Of a stretch of 64,000 nt of DNA, positions 20,201 through 30,068 are shown in pieces. The stretch is from a virus (taxonomy: Duplodnaviria > Caudoviricetes). Within the stretch, counting starts at the first letter, position 1; each line of letters starts with the position of its first letter. The DNA lies in IMG/VR virus record IMGVR_UViG_3300033074_000711, positions 32,001 through 96,000 of that record, one strand, 5' to 3'. The position numbers were made by a program, and so were the translations under genes. A model generated the notes under the pieces. That model was given only the letters and a program-made list of their open reading frames with translations. It did not search any database and was not told the origin of the DNA.

Positions 20201-21202
20201 TTATTTTATACCTGCTAATTTTTGAAATCTTTTTACAGTATCTTGTGAAAAAATTCCTTCACCTCTTTGATTACCAATATATCCAGTTCTTTTATTTGCT
20301 CCAAATCCTTCTTTAATTGTTTTTTTAGTTCTTTTTTTACTATCAACTCTTTTAAGTTTTTTAGAAATACTCTCATATACTTTAACAATTTCTTTAACAT
20401 TTCTAGCTTTGTCTAATAACTGAATACATTTATTTTTTTGTTCTTTGGTTAATTTAAATGTTTCAAATAATTTAACAGCACATTTAACTCTAGCATCTAA
20501 AGTTTTTACTTCATTTATAGTTGATTCATATACTTTATTTGCTCTATTTGCATTGTTTAATTTTTTACGCATACTAACTAATTTGCTCTCAAGTTTAACA
20601 ACTTTATCATCTTCTTTTTCATCTAACTCATCTAAAATATCATTAACATCAACATCTTCTTCATCATCAAGTTCCTCAACAATATCATCTTCAGTTTGGT
20701 CTTCTTCATCATATAACATGTCATCATCTTCTAACTCTGATTCTAATTCTTCAACTACAGAATCTAAATCTTCGTCATCTTCTGTTTCCATGCTATCATC
20801 TTCTAACTCTGATTCTAATTCTTCAACTACAGAATCTAAATCTTCGTCATCTGATTCAATTTCCTCAGCAACTGAATCAATACTATTATCATAATCCTCT
20901 GTCATATCGTCTTCTTCATCTTCATCTTCACCGTCTAACTCTGATTCTAATTCTTCAACTACAGAATCTAAATCTTCGTCATCAACTTCTTCTTCTGTTT
21001 GTTCTGAAACAACATCCTCTTCTTCATCAAAAGCTTCTGGTGTTTCAATTGGGTCTGTGGAATCACCTGCTTCTAATTCCTCTAAAATTGAACTTTTAAT
21101 ATTTGTTTTTAATGCTTTTTGTAATTTTTCTTTAGCATTAATTTTAGCAATATCTTTAATTATTTGTGCATCAAGAATAGCTTCTTTTAAAATATTTGAC
21201 AT
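20201..21202 (-). CDS. Prohead core scaffold protein (gp22-like)
   Basis: Acidic repeats, coiled-coil C-terminus, ends RFQKLAGIK; between protease and capsid genes. Confidence 0.85.
   Translation of the reverse strand: MSNILKEAILDAQIIKDIAKINAKEKLQKALKTNIKSSILEELEAGDSTDPIETPEAFDEEEDVVSEQTEEEVDDEDLDSVVEELESELDGEDEDEEDDMTEDYDNSIDSVAEEIESDDEDLDSVVEELESELEDDSMETEDDEDLDSVVEELESELEDDDMLYDEEDQTEDDIVEELDDEEDVDVNDILDELDEKEDDKVVKLESKLVSMRKKLNNANRANKVYESTINEVKTLDARVKCAVKLFETFKLTKEQKNKCIQLLDKARNVKEIVKVYESISKKLKRVDSKKRTKKTIKEGFGANKRTGYIGNQRGEGIFSQDTVKRFQKLAGIK
20730..20983. repeat. Three identical 50-bp direct repeats inside the scaffold gene
   Basis: TCTAACTCTGATTCTAATTCTTCAACTACAGAATCTAAATCTTCGTCATC at 20730, 20802 and 20934. 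Confidence 0.92.
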
Positions 21203-21258
21203 ATTTACCTCGTTTTTGGTTATTTTTTTTTAAATTCATTTTGGTGGGAATTTAATGG

Positions 21259-21316
21259 TAATGATTAATATAAATCATTATTTTTGAGTTTAAATATAGA
21301 TTATTATAAATCTATA
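21259..21316 (-). promoter_or_regulatory. Twin stem-loops in the scaffold/capsid leader
   Basis: TAATGATT-AATATA-AATCATTA and TATAGATT-ATTATA-AATCTATA (plus-strand reading). Confidence 0.55.
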
Positions 21317-21323
21317 ATTATAT

Positions 21324-21363
21324 ATAAATATAAAAAAATTTTAAATATTTTATACTTTTTTTT
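21324..21363 (-). promoter_or_regulatory. Late promoter region, 40 bp identical to 52581-52620
   Basis: ATAAATATAAAAAAATTTTAAATATTTTATACTTTTTTTT on the plus strand at both sites. Confidence 0.65.
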
Positions 21364-21955
21364 AATTATTTAAGCCACTTATAATATTATTTATAGTATT
21401 ATTAATTTTGTTATAATTAATTTTATTATTAACATCTTCTTTAATACTATAACTAGCACCGTGAGTGGATGGGTCAGAAACTAAATCCCAACATATTAAT
21501 GATAAATCATTATCAACTATATCTGCATCAGATTGAGAATCATATTTAACCGAACCATTTGCTCTTGATGATATACCTATGGGACATTTATGAATTAATA
21601 ATAAATTTTTTACAATATTACCCATTGGTAAAGTATGTAAAATTTCTACATCACCTTTAACAGTATCACCATCCCAATAAATTTTTGTTATAATATGTGA
21701 TGCATTTTTAACATCTGTTGATTGACCATCAGTATGGTCTAACTCACCAAATGCTCTTCTTTCATTAACATATTCGTTAATATATCTATTAATTTCAGAC
21801 TCTAATATTTCTTTAGGATAAATTCTACCATTTTTATTTTTAGCATTAGCACGCTGTAATATCATATCTTTAAGTACTAATTTATTAGTTTTATTAAATT
21901 CTTCGGTTAAAATATCAGCATTATAATTTAATACTTCAGTATTTGATATTAACAT
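21362..21955 (-). CDS. gp21: Prohead core protease (gp21-like)
   Basis: N.NGRIYP, AFGELDH, ASHII, GISSRA.GS, WDLVSDPSTHGA. Confidence 0.93.
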   Translation of the reverse strand: MLISNTEVLNYNADILTEEFNKTNKLVLKDMILQRANAKNKNGRIYPKEILESEINRYINEYVNERRAFGELDHTDGQSTDVKNASHIITKIYWDGDTVKGDVEILHTLPMGNIVKNLLLIHKCPIGISSRANGSVKYDSQSDADIVDNDLSLICWDLVSDPSTHGASYSIKEDVNNKINYNKINNTINNIISGLNN

Positions 21956-21957
21956 TT

Positions 21958-22839
21958 TTACACCCCAAACTGTTCAAATAATTCATAAATCTCCATTAAC
22001 GCAACAATGTTATCTGGTTTTAATTCTTTTTTTAATTGTATTTTATCTAATAATGTATTAATTTCATTTATTTTTGTTATTAATACTTGATTATCTTTAT
22101 TTTTTTCATTTATTGATAGTAATTTTGACTTTATTGTTGGTATTTTATCATTAATATACTTTTTAAAAGAAAAATCAACGCTATCAAACATATACGCACG
22201 AATTAAGTTTTTTTGATTTTTATTAAATGTTTTTGAATAAGTTTCATTAAATTTATTAATATAAAGTTTATATGCTAATTCTTTTGTTTTTGGTGTTAGT
22301 TTATTAAAATCTTGTAACAATTTTTCATTTTCTGTTATTACTTTTTGATTTTTATTATCATTATTTTTTCGCATTAAAAAGTTAACTAAATTTATTCTAT
22401 TTTCCATTAATTCAGATGGATTTATTGATTCTGTTAATTTACTATAAGAAAATATTTTGTATAGTGATGCATATGTTGTATAATTTTCTATTTTTGTATT
22501 AAAAAACTCTTCTAAATTATAAGATTCTTTTATGTTTTTTATAGCGTTAAATTTTTCTTTATTTAATTTAATTTTATTTATTTTATCATATTCATTTAAT
22601 AAATATTCTATAAAAACATTAGCATTTTGTTCATTATTAATTTTTGTATTAGAAAATACTGATTGATATAATTGAACTTCTTTCAACATTTCTGAATTTT
22701 TATTAAAAATTCTTTTTATTAAATTTGTGGATTTGTTATTATTTTCACTAACTATTAAATCAGATGTTATTTGTTTTATCAAACATTCAAAAATAACACC
22801 TGAGTTTTTAATTTTATTATGTTTTAATTTATTTTTCAT
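21958..22839 (-). CDS. Conserved head-morphogenesis hypothetical protein
   Basis: KHNKIKNSGVIFE.L..QIT.D N-terminus; between portal and protease genes. Confidence 0.65.
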   Translation of the reverse strand: MKNKLKHNKIKNSGVIFECLIKQITSDLIVSENNNKSTNLIKRIFNKNSEMLKEVQLYQSVFSNTKINNEQNANVFIEYLLNEYDKINKIKLNKEKFNAIKNIKESYNLEEFFNTKIENYTTYASLYKIFSYSKLTESINPSELMENRINLVNFLMRKNNDNKNQKVITENEKLLQDFNKLTPKTKELAYKLYINKFNETYSKTFNKNQKNLIRAYMFDSVDFSFKKYINDKIPTIKSKLLSINEKNKDNQVLITKINEINTLLDKIQLKKELKPDNIVALMEIYELFEQFGV

Positions 22840-22857
22840 GATTTTCCACTATTTTTT

Positions 22858-22867
22858 TATAAATATA
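22858..22867 (-). promoter_or_regulatory. Putative late promoter TATATTTATA
   Basis: Upstream of ATG 22839. Confidence 0.55.
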
Positions 22868-22882
22868 AAAAATTATAAAAAA

Positions 22883-24568
22883 TTATACACCTAACGGTCC
22901 ACCATTATTATATGAACTTTTTATATCACTTTTATCTAAATTAGTATCATGTAAATCTTTATCTTTATTATTTTTTATATCAATTTTTGTATCATTTTTT
23001 ACTTCATTATCATCCCATCTACTATCTTTACCCTTTACATAAATATTTGACGGGTCATCTGCATCTCTAACAGTTCCTTCGGAATCAACATTCATTTCAG
23101 TTTCATTAGGGTCGTTACCTTCATTTAATATTTGTTGCAATCTGTGTTCAAATTTACAATCATTTATCAATGTTTCTTTATATTTTTTTATTTCATCATC
23201 ATTAAATTTATAAACATTTTTATAAACCCAATCAGAATCAACCATTTTTTGTTCTTTGAACGAATTTGCTAAATCTACTTTTGACTTCCATAATTCTAAT
23301 TTTTCTTGTTCATATATAATAGATGGATTATTTAATTTTAATGTAAAATTTAAATCATTAAATGAATCAAAACCTTGTAAATATAAATGTATTTTAGCTA
23401 TTCTTATTAATTCAGATTCAACAATTTTTTGAATTCTCTCGACAGTTCTTTGAAATCTTAAATCTTCTTGTGCTAAAGTTGCTTTTGCACCTATTGCTTC
23501 ATCAAATGTTAAAAACCCTTTAGGCACTCTAAATGCGGCTAACATTTTATTTTTTAAATATTCTATATCCTCTATTGCTGAATATTCTCCAGACTGTAAT
23601 GTATCTATACTTGTTGCACTATCACCTCTAACTGGTATAACAAAATCTTCAACTATATTTTGTGTGTTATAGTATAAATTATAATCACCAGTGTTTTGGT
23701 CTATATATGGCACTTGTTTGATTTGACTAGTTATGTTATTTATATATTGCTGAACTTCGTTATTTGGTAAATTTCCAACATCTATTTTAAAAACTCGTTT
23801 TTGTGGTGCACGCATAATTCTATAAATTAGCATTGCATCTTCCATTAAATTTAATTGTTTCCATGTTCTTCTACCACCTTCAATTAAACTTTTTCCATAT
23901 GGTATATAATTATTATCAGAAAACAATCTAAAATGAGCAACTTCAAAAAAATTAAAATCACCAGTACCTATAATATTAGATGTTAATTTAAACGTTACAT
24001 CTAATTTTGAAGTTTTTGGATTAAAATTCTCTTCTCTATTAATATCATAAACAGAAATTGGTATTACATCAATAACACCTATTCTTTCAACAACATTTAA
24101 TTTTAAAAAATGGTCACCATATTTAACTAAATTTCTAACCCAACCTAATAAGTTATATTCTATATTTAAAATATCATAAAATAAATTATCTAATATCTTT
24201 TTAATTTTATCATTAGAATGCTCTATAGTTACTATTTTACCTAATTCGTTTCTAACAACTGTTTCTTCTGCATATAAATCTAAAACTGAACTAATAATTG
24301 GGTCACAATCCATTAATTCATAATCATAAAATAATGCTGTTCTATTAGCTTGAAATTTATTTCTATTAAATAAAAAATTATTATCAGACACATAATTCAT
24401 TAAATATCTATTATAACGCTGTTGTAGATAGTTATTTGGTAAATTTGACATTGTTTTACTATCGTATGGGTCAATATTCATTAAATTTGTTCCGCGATAG
24501 TTATAAACATTTATATCAGGTGAAAAGAATTTTTTAATCTTTTCAAAACGACTTTCTTTTTTATCCAT
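22883..24568 (-). CDS. gp20: Portal protein (gp20-like)
   Basis: MEDAMLIYRIMRAPQKRVFKIDVGNLP, EDFVIPVRG, IEDIEYL, F.RT..RIQ. Confidence 0.96.
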   Translation of the reverse strand: MDKKESRFEKIKKFFSPDINVYNYRGTNLMNIDPYDSKTMSNLPNNYLQQRYNRYLMNYVSDNNFLFNRNKFQANRTALFYDYELMDCDPIISSVLDLYAEETVVRNELGKIVTIEHSNDKIKKILDNLFYDILNIEYNLLGWVRNLVKYGDHFLKLNVVERIGVIDVIPISVYDINREENFNPKTSKLDVTFKLTSNIIGTGDFNFFEVAHFRLFSDNNYIPYGKSLIEGGRRTWKQLNLMEDAMLIYRIMRAPQKRVFKIDVGNLPNNEVQQYINNITSQIKQVPYIDQNTGDYNLYYNTQNIVEDFVIPVRGDSATSIDTLQSGEYSAIEDIEYLKNKMLAAFRVPKGFLTFDEAIGAKATLAQEDLRFQRTVERIQKIVESELIRIAKIHLYLQGFDSFNDLNFTLKLNNPSIIYEQEKLELWKSKVDLANSFKEQKMVDSDWVYKNVYKFNDDEIKKYKETLINDCKFEHRLQQILNEGNDPNETEMNVDSEGTVRDADDPSNIYVKGKDSRWDDNEVKNDTKIDIKNNKDKDLHDTNLDKSDIKSSYNNGGPLGV

Positions 24569-24602
24569 ATAAGTTAACCAAAAATTTTAAATTTTATTTA
24601 TA

Positions 24603-24612
24603 TATAAATATA
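24603..24612 (-). promoter_or_regulatory. Putative late promoter TATATTTATA
   Basis: Upstream of the portal gene. Confidence 0.6.
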
Positions 24613-24632
24613 AAAAAAATATTTTTATATTA

Positions 24633-24953
24633 TCATTTTGGTAAAATAGTTGCTATTTCATACCAATTTTTAGGTAAAACAATAGCATCTTTTGGTATGT
24701 TTTTTACTTTATAAACTTCAGACCTAACAAATCTTAGCCATATATTTTTATTTTTATAATAACCATATAAATTACCATCTAAATTTGCTTTTAGATATTT
24801 ATTTTTTTCTTCATATGATACTTTATATTTTTCTATATTCAAATCTATTAAACCAAATTCATATGAATCATAGTGTGGCATTTCATTTAAATTTGATTTA
24901 CATTTCATTTCAATTAAATTTAATACACGAATTAAATTAAAATATTTTTTCAT
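24633..24953 (-). CDS. Hypothetical protein
   Basis: 106 aa, ATGA-coupled to the TerL-C stop. Confidence 0.6.
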   Translation of the reverse strand: MKKYFNLIRVLNLIEMKCKSNLNEMPHYDSYEFGLIDLNIEKYKVSYEEKNKYLKANLDGNLYGYYKNKNIWLRFVRSEVYKVKNIPKDAIVLPKNWYEIATILPK

Positions 24954-26425
24954 AAAAACTCACTTAAATTTATAAATTCTTTACCTGTATTTGTTTTTTG
25001 ACCAGTTTTATACATTGGATTACCAACCATACCATTGTTAATTTTTTGAGTAAATTGTTCTCTATTTTTATTAAAATTTAAAGAAATATTACTCAAAATG
25101 CTTTTACTCTTTTCAACAGATTTATTATCTAATTGTAAAATAACATCTCTAACATATAAACCTATACTTAACGACATTACAATATCATCATTAAAACCAG
25201 ATAATGCTTCAGCTTTAGAATTATGCCAAACGAATGTGTGTAGTTGATTTATTGTTCTATTTGATTTAATAACTACAGTTTGTTGACGCATACACTCCAT
25301 TAATTTATTTATAATTAATGGTCTAGTAGATGAGGATGTGGTAAAACCAGGTATTAATTGCTTTTTCTTATTAAAATCTATTAATTTATTTTGTAAATCT
25401 TGTATATTATATTCATCAATATATTTTAAATTTGTTTCAGTATAATATAAATTACCATAATTTAAATTTATTAATTCTTGAACAACAGCCCAACCAATAC
25501 TAGCATTTTCACACGCTATTTTAGCACAATTATATCTATTACCAACTTCAAACAATAAATACGCATAATCTGTTGTTGATATTTTACCTTCGTATTCAGC
25601 AATTTGCTCGAATGTGTCCATATCTATAACATGAAATGCTGAAAAGTCACCACCATCACCTCTACCAACGTCTGCGGATATTAAGTATCTTGATTCTTCT
25701 TTAGGTTCTGACCAAATCCATAGCAAATCATTATATTCTTTTTTTATTGGGTCTGTAACATAATTTTCTTTATAAAACTGTAAGTACTTATCATCAATAA
25801 TAGAGTTACCAGTACCTATAAAACTAGCATCATATTCTTGTTTAGCTTCTAATTCACCTAAATCTATATCTTGTTGTTTTCTCCAATTATCGTCTCTTTC
25901 TGGGTGCACTCTCCAATCTAATTTAATTGGATTAAAATCATTTTTATTCTCTTCGGCATCAACATATGTTTTATGAAACCAATTACCAACACCACCGGGA
26001 CTTGATAATACGATAATTTCACCACCTGTTGATAATGTTGGTTGCAATGCTATCCATAATGTAGTCATATTTGGTATAAATGCACAATTGTGGCTTGTTA
26101 TATCATTTGTAATATATTCAGCACAATCTGAAACATTTAATAAATCATATAATATTATATCTTCTTCTACATATTGTATATTTGTTATTATTTTATTTTT
26201 ATATATTATATCATTTATAGTTATATCTTTAGCATATACAAATATACCATTATTTAGTTTTATTTTATGATTAGATGAGCATTTAATTGTGTTAATATTA
26301 TTATTATGCTTATATTCTATTTTAAAATAAAAATTTTTATTTATTTTTTTTACACCATCAAAAGATTTAAACCCATAGTCAGTTAAAACCTCCCAATCTG
26401 TATTACATTTTACATTAACATCCAT
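24950..26425 (-). CDS. terL: Terminase large subunit C-terminal fragment preceded by a 113-aa split-intein C-fragment
   Basis: IntC ends LYDLLNV...YITNDITSHN|CAF; then PTLSTGG, SSPGG, W..HPERD, QEY...F, ADVGRG.G.DFSAF, DD.VMSL. Confidence 0.93.
   Translation of the reverse strand: MDVNVKCNTDWEVLTDYGFKSFDGVKKINKNFYFKIEYKHNNNINTIKCSSNHKIKLNNGIFVYAKDITINDIIYKNKIITNIQYVEEDIILYDLLNVSDCAEYITNDITSHNCAFIPNMTTLWIALQPTLSTGGEIIVLSSPGGVGNWFHKTYVDAEENKNDFNPIKLDWRVHPERDDNWRKQQDIDLGELEAKQEYDASFIGTGNSIIDDKYLQFYKENYVTDPIKKEYNDLLWIWSEPKEESRYLISADVGRGDGGDFSAFHVIDMDTFEQIAEYEGKISTTDYAYLLFEVGNRYNCAKIACENASIGWAVVQELINLNYGNLYYTETNLKYIDEYNIQDLQNKLIDFNKKKQLIPGFTTSSSTRPLIINKLMECMRQQTVVIKSNRTINQLHTFVWHNSKAEALSGFNDDIVMSLSIGLYVRDVILQLDNKSVEKSKSILSNISLNFNKNREQFTQKINNGMVGNPMYKTGQKTNTGKEFINLSEFL
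26087..26425 (-). mobile_element. TerL atypical split intein, C-fragment (113 aa)
   Basis: EVLT..GF, block B CSSNH, block F LYDL, block G SHN followed by Cys+1. Confidence 0.9.
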
Positions 26426-27504
26426 TTTTTAACCGTGTTTTTAAATTTACTTAGTTGCGGCTGTGCGTTAATATCTATTAAATTAAAATTTTGTATAAAG
26501 TATTGTTCGCTTATTATTCTGAAGTCAACTTGATTTTCTGAACACCATTTTTTACAATAGTTAAATTTTATAATATTTATTTTTGTATCAGCTAATTTAC
26601 TTGGTTTTATTTCATATAAAATTTTATTTTTATCATCATAAAAATCTACTATATAATTATGAAAAACACCATCTATGTAATATGGTATTCTGATTTTTTC
26701 ATATAGTAAATTTTCATTTAATAAGTGAAAACAAGCTTCCCAATCACTTCTATATTTTATTTTTATATTATTTAATATTAAATATGATTCCCAATGTGTC
26801 CATGAATTTGTAATACATGGTGTGAATTTACCATCTTGTATTAACTTTTTCATTTTATTAGAAATTTTTATATGAGAATCTTTATATATTTTATAATATT
26901 TATTTTTAAATTCTTCAGATAACATTGTTTTCGAATTAGACTCTCTTATTTTTTGTTTAGTTTCTTCTGTGTGCCATACTCTATTGTTATTTTTTCTACT
27001 ATTTACACGTTTTAGTTTTTCAGACTTTGTTTGTTTTCTTTTTTTATTTCTTTCACTTGCCATTAATTTTAATTCATCTGCTCGTTCTTTTCCTAACCTA
27101 TCTTCATAACTTATACTATTAGCAATGCCTATTTTTTTGCGTATTTTATTTTTTTCTTCATCACTCATGTTTTTATGCCAATCACTAACCCGCTTAGATT
27201 TATTTAATTTGTTACATTCTATTGATTCACAACAATCTCTTATTTTGTGTGAACTTTTTATAAACATAGCTTTAGTTTTACCACAGTATTTACATATTAC
27301 TACATTAAATATATTATTTTGTATATAATATATTCTTTCATTTATTGAAACATTTAAGTATTCATTCAAAAATTCTGTTAAATTGTATATAGATTTTATA
27401 TAAATTTCATTTTTTTCTAATACTTTATTTCTAATTAAATTTCGTTTTAATTTATTATTTTTATAATTTATTACAAAATCTAAAATTTCATCTCTATTTT
27501 TCAT
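26410..27504 (-). mobile_element. Free-standing homing endonuclease between the TerL halves (NUMOD3 repeats plus TnsA-like PD-(D/E)XK domain)
   Basis: HTEETKQKI; YRSDWE, YEKIRIPY, YIVDFY, YEIKP; overlaps both flanking fragments. Confidence 0.85.
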
Positions 27505-28079
27505 AATATTTTATATAATTCTTCAATATTTATATATCTAATTTCATTTGTATTTTTATTTTTAATTGTTATTTTTGTGTCACCAGCCACACACTCATCA
27601 ATTATCAACAAAGATAATGCCTCAGACCTACCAGCATCTTCTGTTGTTGCTATTGCTGTAATTTTAGAATTATTTGCAAAACCTTGAGAAAATTTATTAT
27701 CATCAACTCTCTTAGTTCTAATCCAATCTGGTAAATATTTATAAATATAAGAAAATTTATGTATAATATTTTTAGCAACTGATTCTTTTGTTGCAATTAC
27801 TAAAATATTTTTATCATTTTTAAATTGAGTTAACCAAACAGAATAAGCTGAACTTAACCAAGAAATACCTAATTGCCTTGATTTATTTATTATATTCTTT
27901 TTGTGTGTGATTAATTCAAGTAAAACCTTTTCTTGAAATGGCCATAATTTAAATGGTATTTTACCACGTATAGGGTGCTGAATATAGCAATAGTTTTTTA
28001 TGAAATATACTGGGTCTATAGCACATTTTTCATATTCTATAGCCAAGTATTCTTTTATTAATGTATCTTCTTTTTGCAT
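27501..28079 (-). CDS. terL: Terminase large subunit N-terminal ATPase fragment plus a 30-aa split-intein N-fragment
   Basis: DPVYF, LWPFQ, KSRQLGIS (Walker A), LLIIDE (Walker B) then CVAGDTKITI...EELYKIL*. Confidence 0.93.
   Translation of the reverse strand: MQKEDTLIKEYLAIEYEKCAIDPVYFIKNYCYIQHPIRGKIPFKLWPFQEKVLLELITHKKNIINKSRQLGISWLSSAYSVWLTQFKNDKNILVIATKESVAKNIIHKFSYIYKYLPDWIRTKRVDDNKFSQGFANNSKITAIATTEDAGRSEALSLLIIDECVAGDTKITIKNKNTNEIRYINIEELYKIL
27504..27593 (-). mobile_element. TerL atypical split intein, N-fragment (30 aa)
   Basis: Block A CVAGDTKITI immediately after the Walker B DE. Confidence 0.88.
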
Positions 28080-28087
28080 TTTAAATT

Positions 28088-28126
28088 AAAAAAATCCAAT
28101 ATTCATTTTTAATAAATATTGGATTT
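28088..28126 (-). terminator. 12-bp hairpin/terminator overlapping a late-promoter variant upstream of terL
   Basis: AAATCCAATATT-N11-AATATTGGATTT; contains ATATTTATT on the minus strand. Confidence 0.55.
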
Positions 28127-28150
28127 AATAAAAAATGTGATAAAATAATA

Positions 28151-29431
28151 CTATTCATTAAAACTATATTTGAATTTATGTTGATTAGCATGTTCAACTT
28201 TAATATTCCGCTCCCAACTAACACCATATTTTTTATTTATGCCATATATTTTTTGAGAAGCTTCTGAAGTAGTGTTTAATCTATTAAGATTAAATTCACT
28301 ATTACCAACTAATGAGCCATTTACTATTAATTTACCATCTTTTAATTTTAAATCTTGATGGTAATGCCCTATTTCCATATAATCAAAACCACCTCTGCTT
28401 CTTCTTAGTTCCTGTTGATTTGCAAAATTTCTAATCATACCATAAACTGGTATGCCAGCGAAACCACCTCTAATACTATCACCGTGTGTTAATAAAAACT
28501 TCCTATCCATTCTATCAACAACTATAGCTGGACTAAGCGGTATATTAAACTTTATATTTTTATAATTACTTAATATTTGTTCAATTTGCTTGTAAATTAA
28601 ATAATCCCAATTATTGTAAATACCTTTACTAGGTGGTTTATTTTCTAATCTACCATGATTACCAACAACACATGTTATCTCTATTTCCTCAAAATGTTTT
28701 GACATCATTGCAATTGCTTGACTTAAAACATAAGATGTATTTAAAACAACTGGTATTATAGGAAATTCATTAAATTCTTTTTGATGTATCTCACCATGAA
28801 CAATATCTCCTAAAAAATCAATATATAATTTTCTAATATTTGATATATTTTTTTGATTTTCTACTATTTCTATTGTTTTTTCGCATAAAAAATAAACTCT
28901 ATTACACATTATTTCAAAATTATATTCACCCATATGTTCCATTTCATATGGATTTACAACCTCACCAGCATGAACATCTGAAATAACCATAACAACGTCT
29001 TCATCTATCTTTTTTTTATCATATTGAAAATTTTGAACTTTTTCTATATTTGGTAAATTAGGTATTGAACAATTTAACCCATCTATTATTTTTTCTTGAT
29101 TTTCAATCTCTTGTTTTAAAACTTTATTAATTTTTTCTTTTTCATTTAATTTATCTTTTAGTTGTTTTTCATTTAATTCTCTTTTAATCCAATCTTTTTT
29201 TGTTATTTCTAAATCTGAATCTATAACCTTTATTGAATTTTCTATTTCCTTTTCATTTATTATTGAAATTCCATTTTTAACATCACTAACCCTTTTAGCA
29301 AATGTGCTTAATTTTATGTTTTTTAATAAATCTGGTCGTTCTTCGTATATCTTTTTAGCAATTTCTATGTTTTTTAATTTTGTTGTATTTAATAAAATTT
29401 TAACAAGACTTTCTAATTCTTTACTATACAT
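28151..29431 (-). CDS. Calcineurin-like metallophosphoesterase with N-terminal coiled coil (likely start 29431)
   Basis: SDVH, GDIVHG, GNHG, THGD, GHYH; AGAGG SD before ATG 29431. Confidence 0.85.
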   Translation of the reverse strand: MYSKELESLVKILLNTTKLKNIEIAKKIYEERPDLLKNIKLSTFAKRVSDVKNGISIINEKEIENSIKVIDSDLEITKKDWIKRELNEKQLKDKLNEKEKINKVLKQEIENQEKIIDGLNCSIPNLPNIEKVQNFQYDKKKIDEDVVMVISDVHAGEVVNPYEMEHMGEYNFEIMCNRVYFLCEKTIEIVENQKNISNIRKLYIDFLGDIVHGEIHQKEFNEFPIIPVVLNTSYVLSQAIAMMSKHFEEIEITCVVGNHGRLENKPPSKGIYNNWDYLIYKQIEQILSNYKNIKFNIPLSPAIVVDRMDRKFLLTHGDSIRGGFAGIPVYGMIRNFANQQELRRSRGGFDYMEIGHYHQDLKLKDGKLIVNGSLVGNSEFNLNRLNTTSEASQKIYGINKKYGVSWERNIKVEHANQHKFKYSFNE

Positions 29432-29438
29432 AAAACCT

Positions 29439-30068
29439 CTATTGTATTTTTGAATAAAAATTATTTTGAGAAATTTGTTTATCAAAAGATTTTATATGCA
29501 TTAAACAAAAATCTTCCGTAAATGGTAACTTACTATAGATTTTATAACCAACTAATCTTTCGTGAACTTTACCTTGATATTTAATATCTTTTTTATTTTT
29601 CCATATTCTCTGCTGTGGGTCTGGGAAGTTTATATAATTTTTTTCATTTTTATTCCAACCCATATTATTAATATAATCATCTGTTATACCATTAACTATA
29701 TTTATTCTACCCAACCAAAATAAATCGAATTTACTATTTGTTTTTAAAATATGATGTAAATTGGCTAATAATGACTTATTTGGATATTCATCAGCATCTA
29801 ATTGAAATATATATTCTTTAGTGCAATTTTGTATTAAAAAATTTTTTAATTCAGAAAAATCACCATTAAAATTGAATAACTTATAATTAGTGTTTTTTAA
29901 ATTTGAATTTAAAATTATATTTTGAATTTCATCTTTACTACCTTTATAAGAACTAAAATCTTGAACTACTACAACTTCATCATCATCCTTAATATAATCT
30001 TTTATTTTATTTATTAATAAATCAAATTCATAAATTTCATTTTTAACAGTTATTGCAAAACTAATCAT
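29439..30068 (-). CDS. Glycosyltransferase family 2
   Basis: ISFAITVKNE, FSELKN, QLDADE (DxD), PDPQ.R, KVHE. Confidence 0.85.
   Translation of the reverse strand: MISFAITVKNEIYEFDLLINKIKDYIKDDDEVVVVQDFSSYKGSKDEIQNIILNSNLKNTNYKLFNFNGDFSELKNFLIQNCTKEYIFQLDADEYPNKSLLANLHHILKTNSKFDLFWLGRINIVNGITDDYINNMGWNKNEKNYINFPDPQQRIWKNKKDIKYQGKVHERLVGYKIYSKLPFTEDFCLMHIKSFDKQISQNNFYSKIQ

Noticed and set aside
20730-20983. 50-bp repeats with spacers as a CRISPR array
   Set aside because: Repeats are in frame within the scaffold gene, with unequal spacers (22 and 82 nt) and no cas locus
26087-27593. Group I intron explanation for the terL interruption
   Set aside because: ORFs overlap, leaving no room for a ribozyme core, and intein blocks A, B, F and G are present
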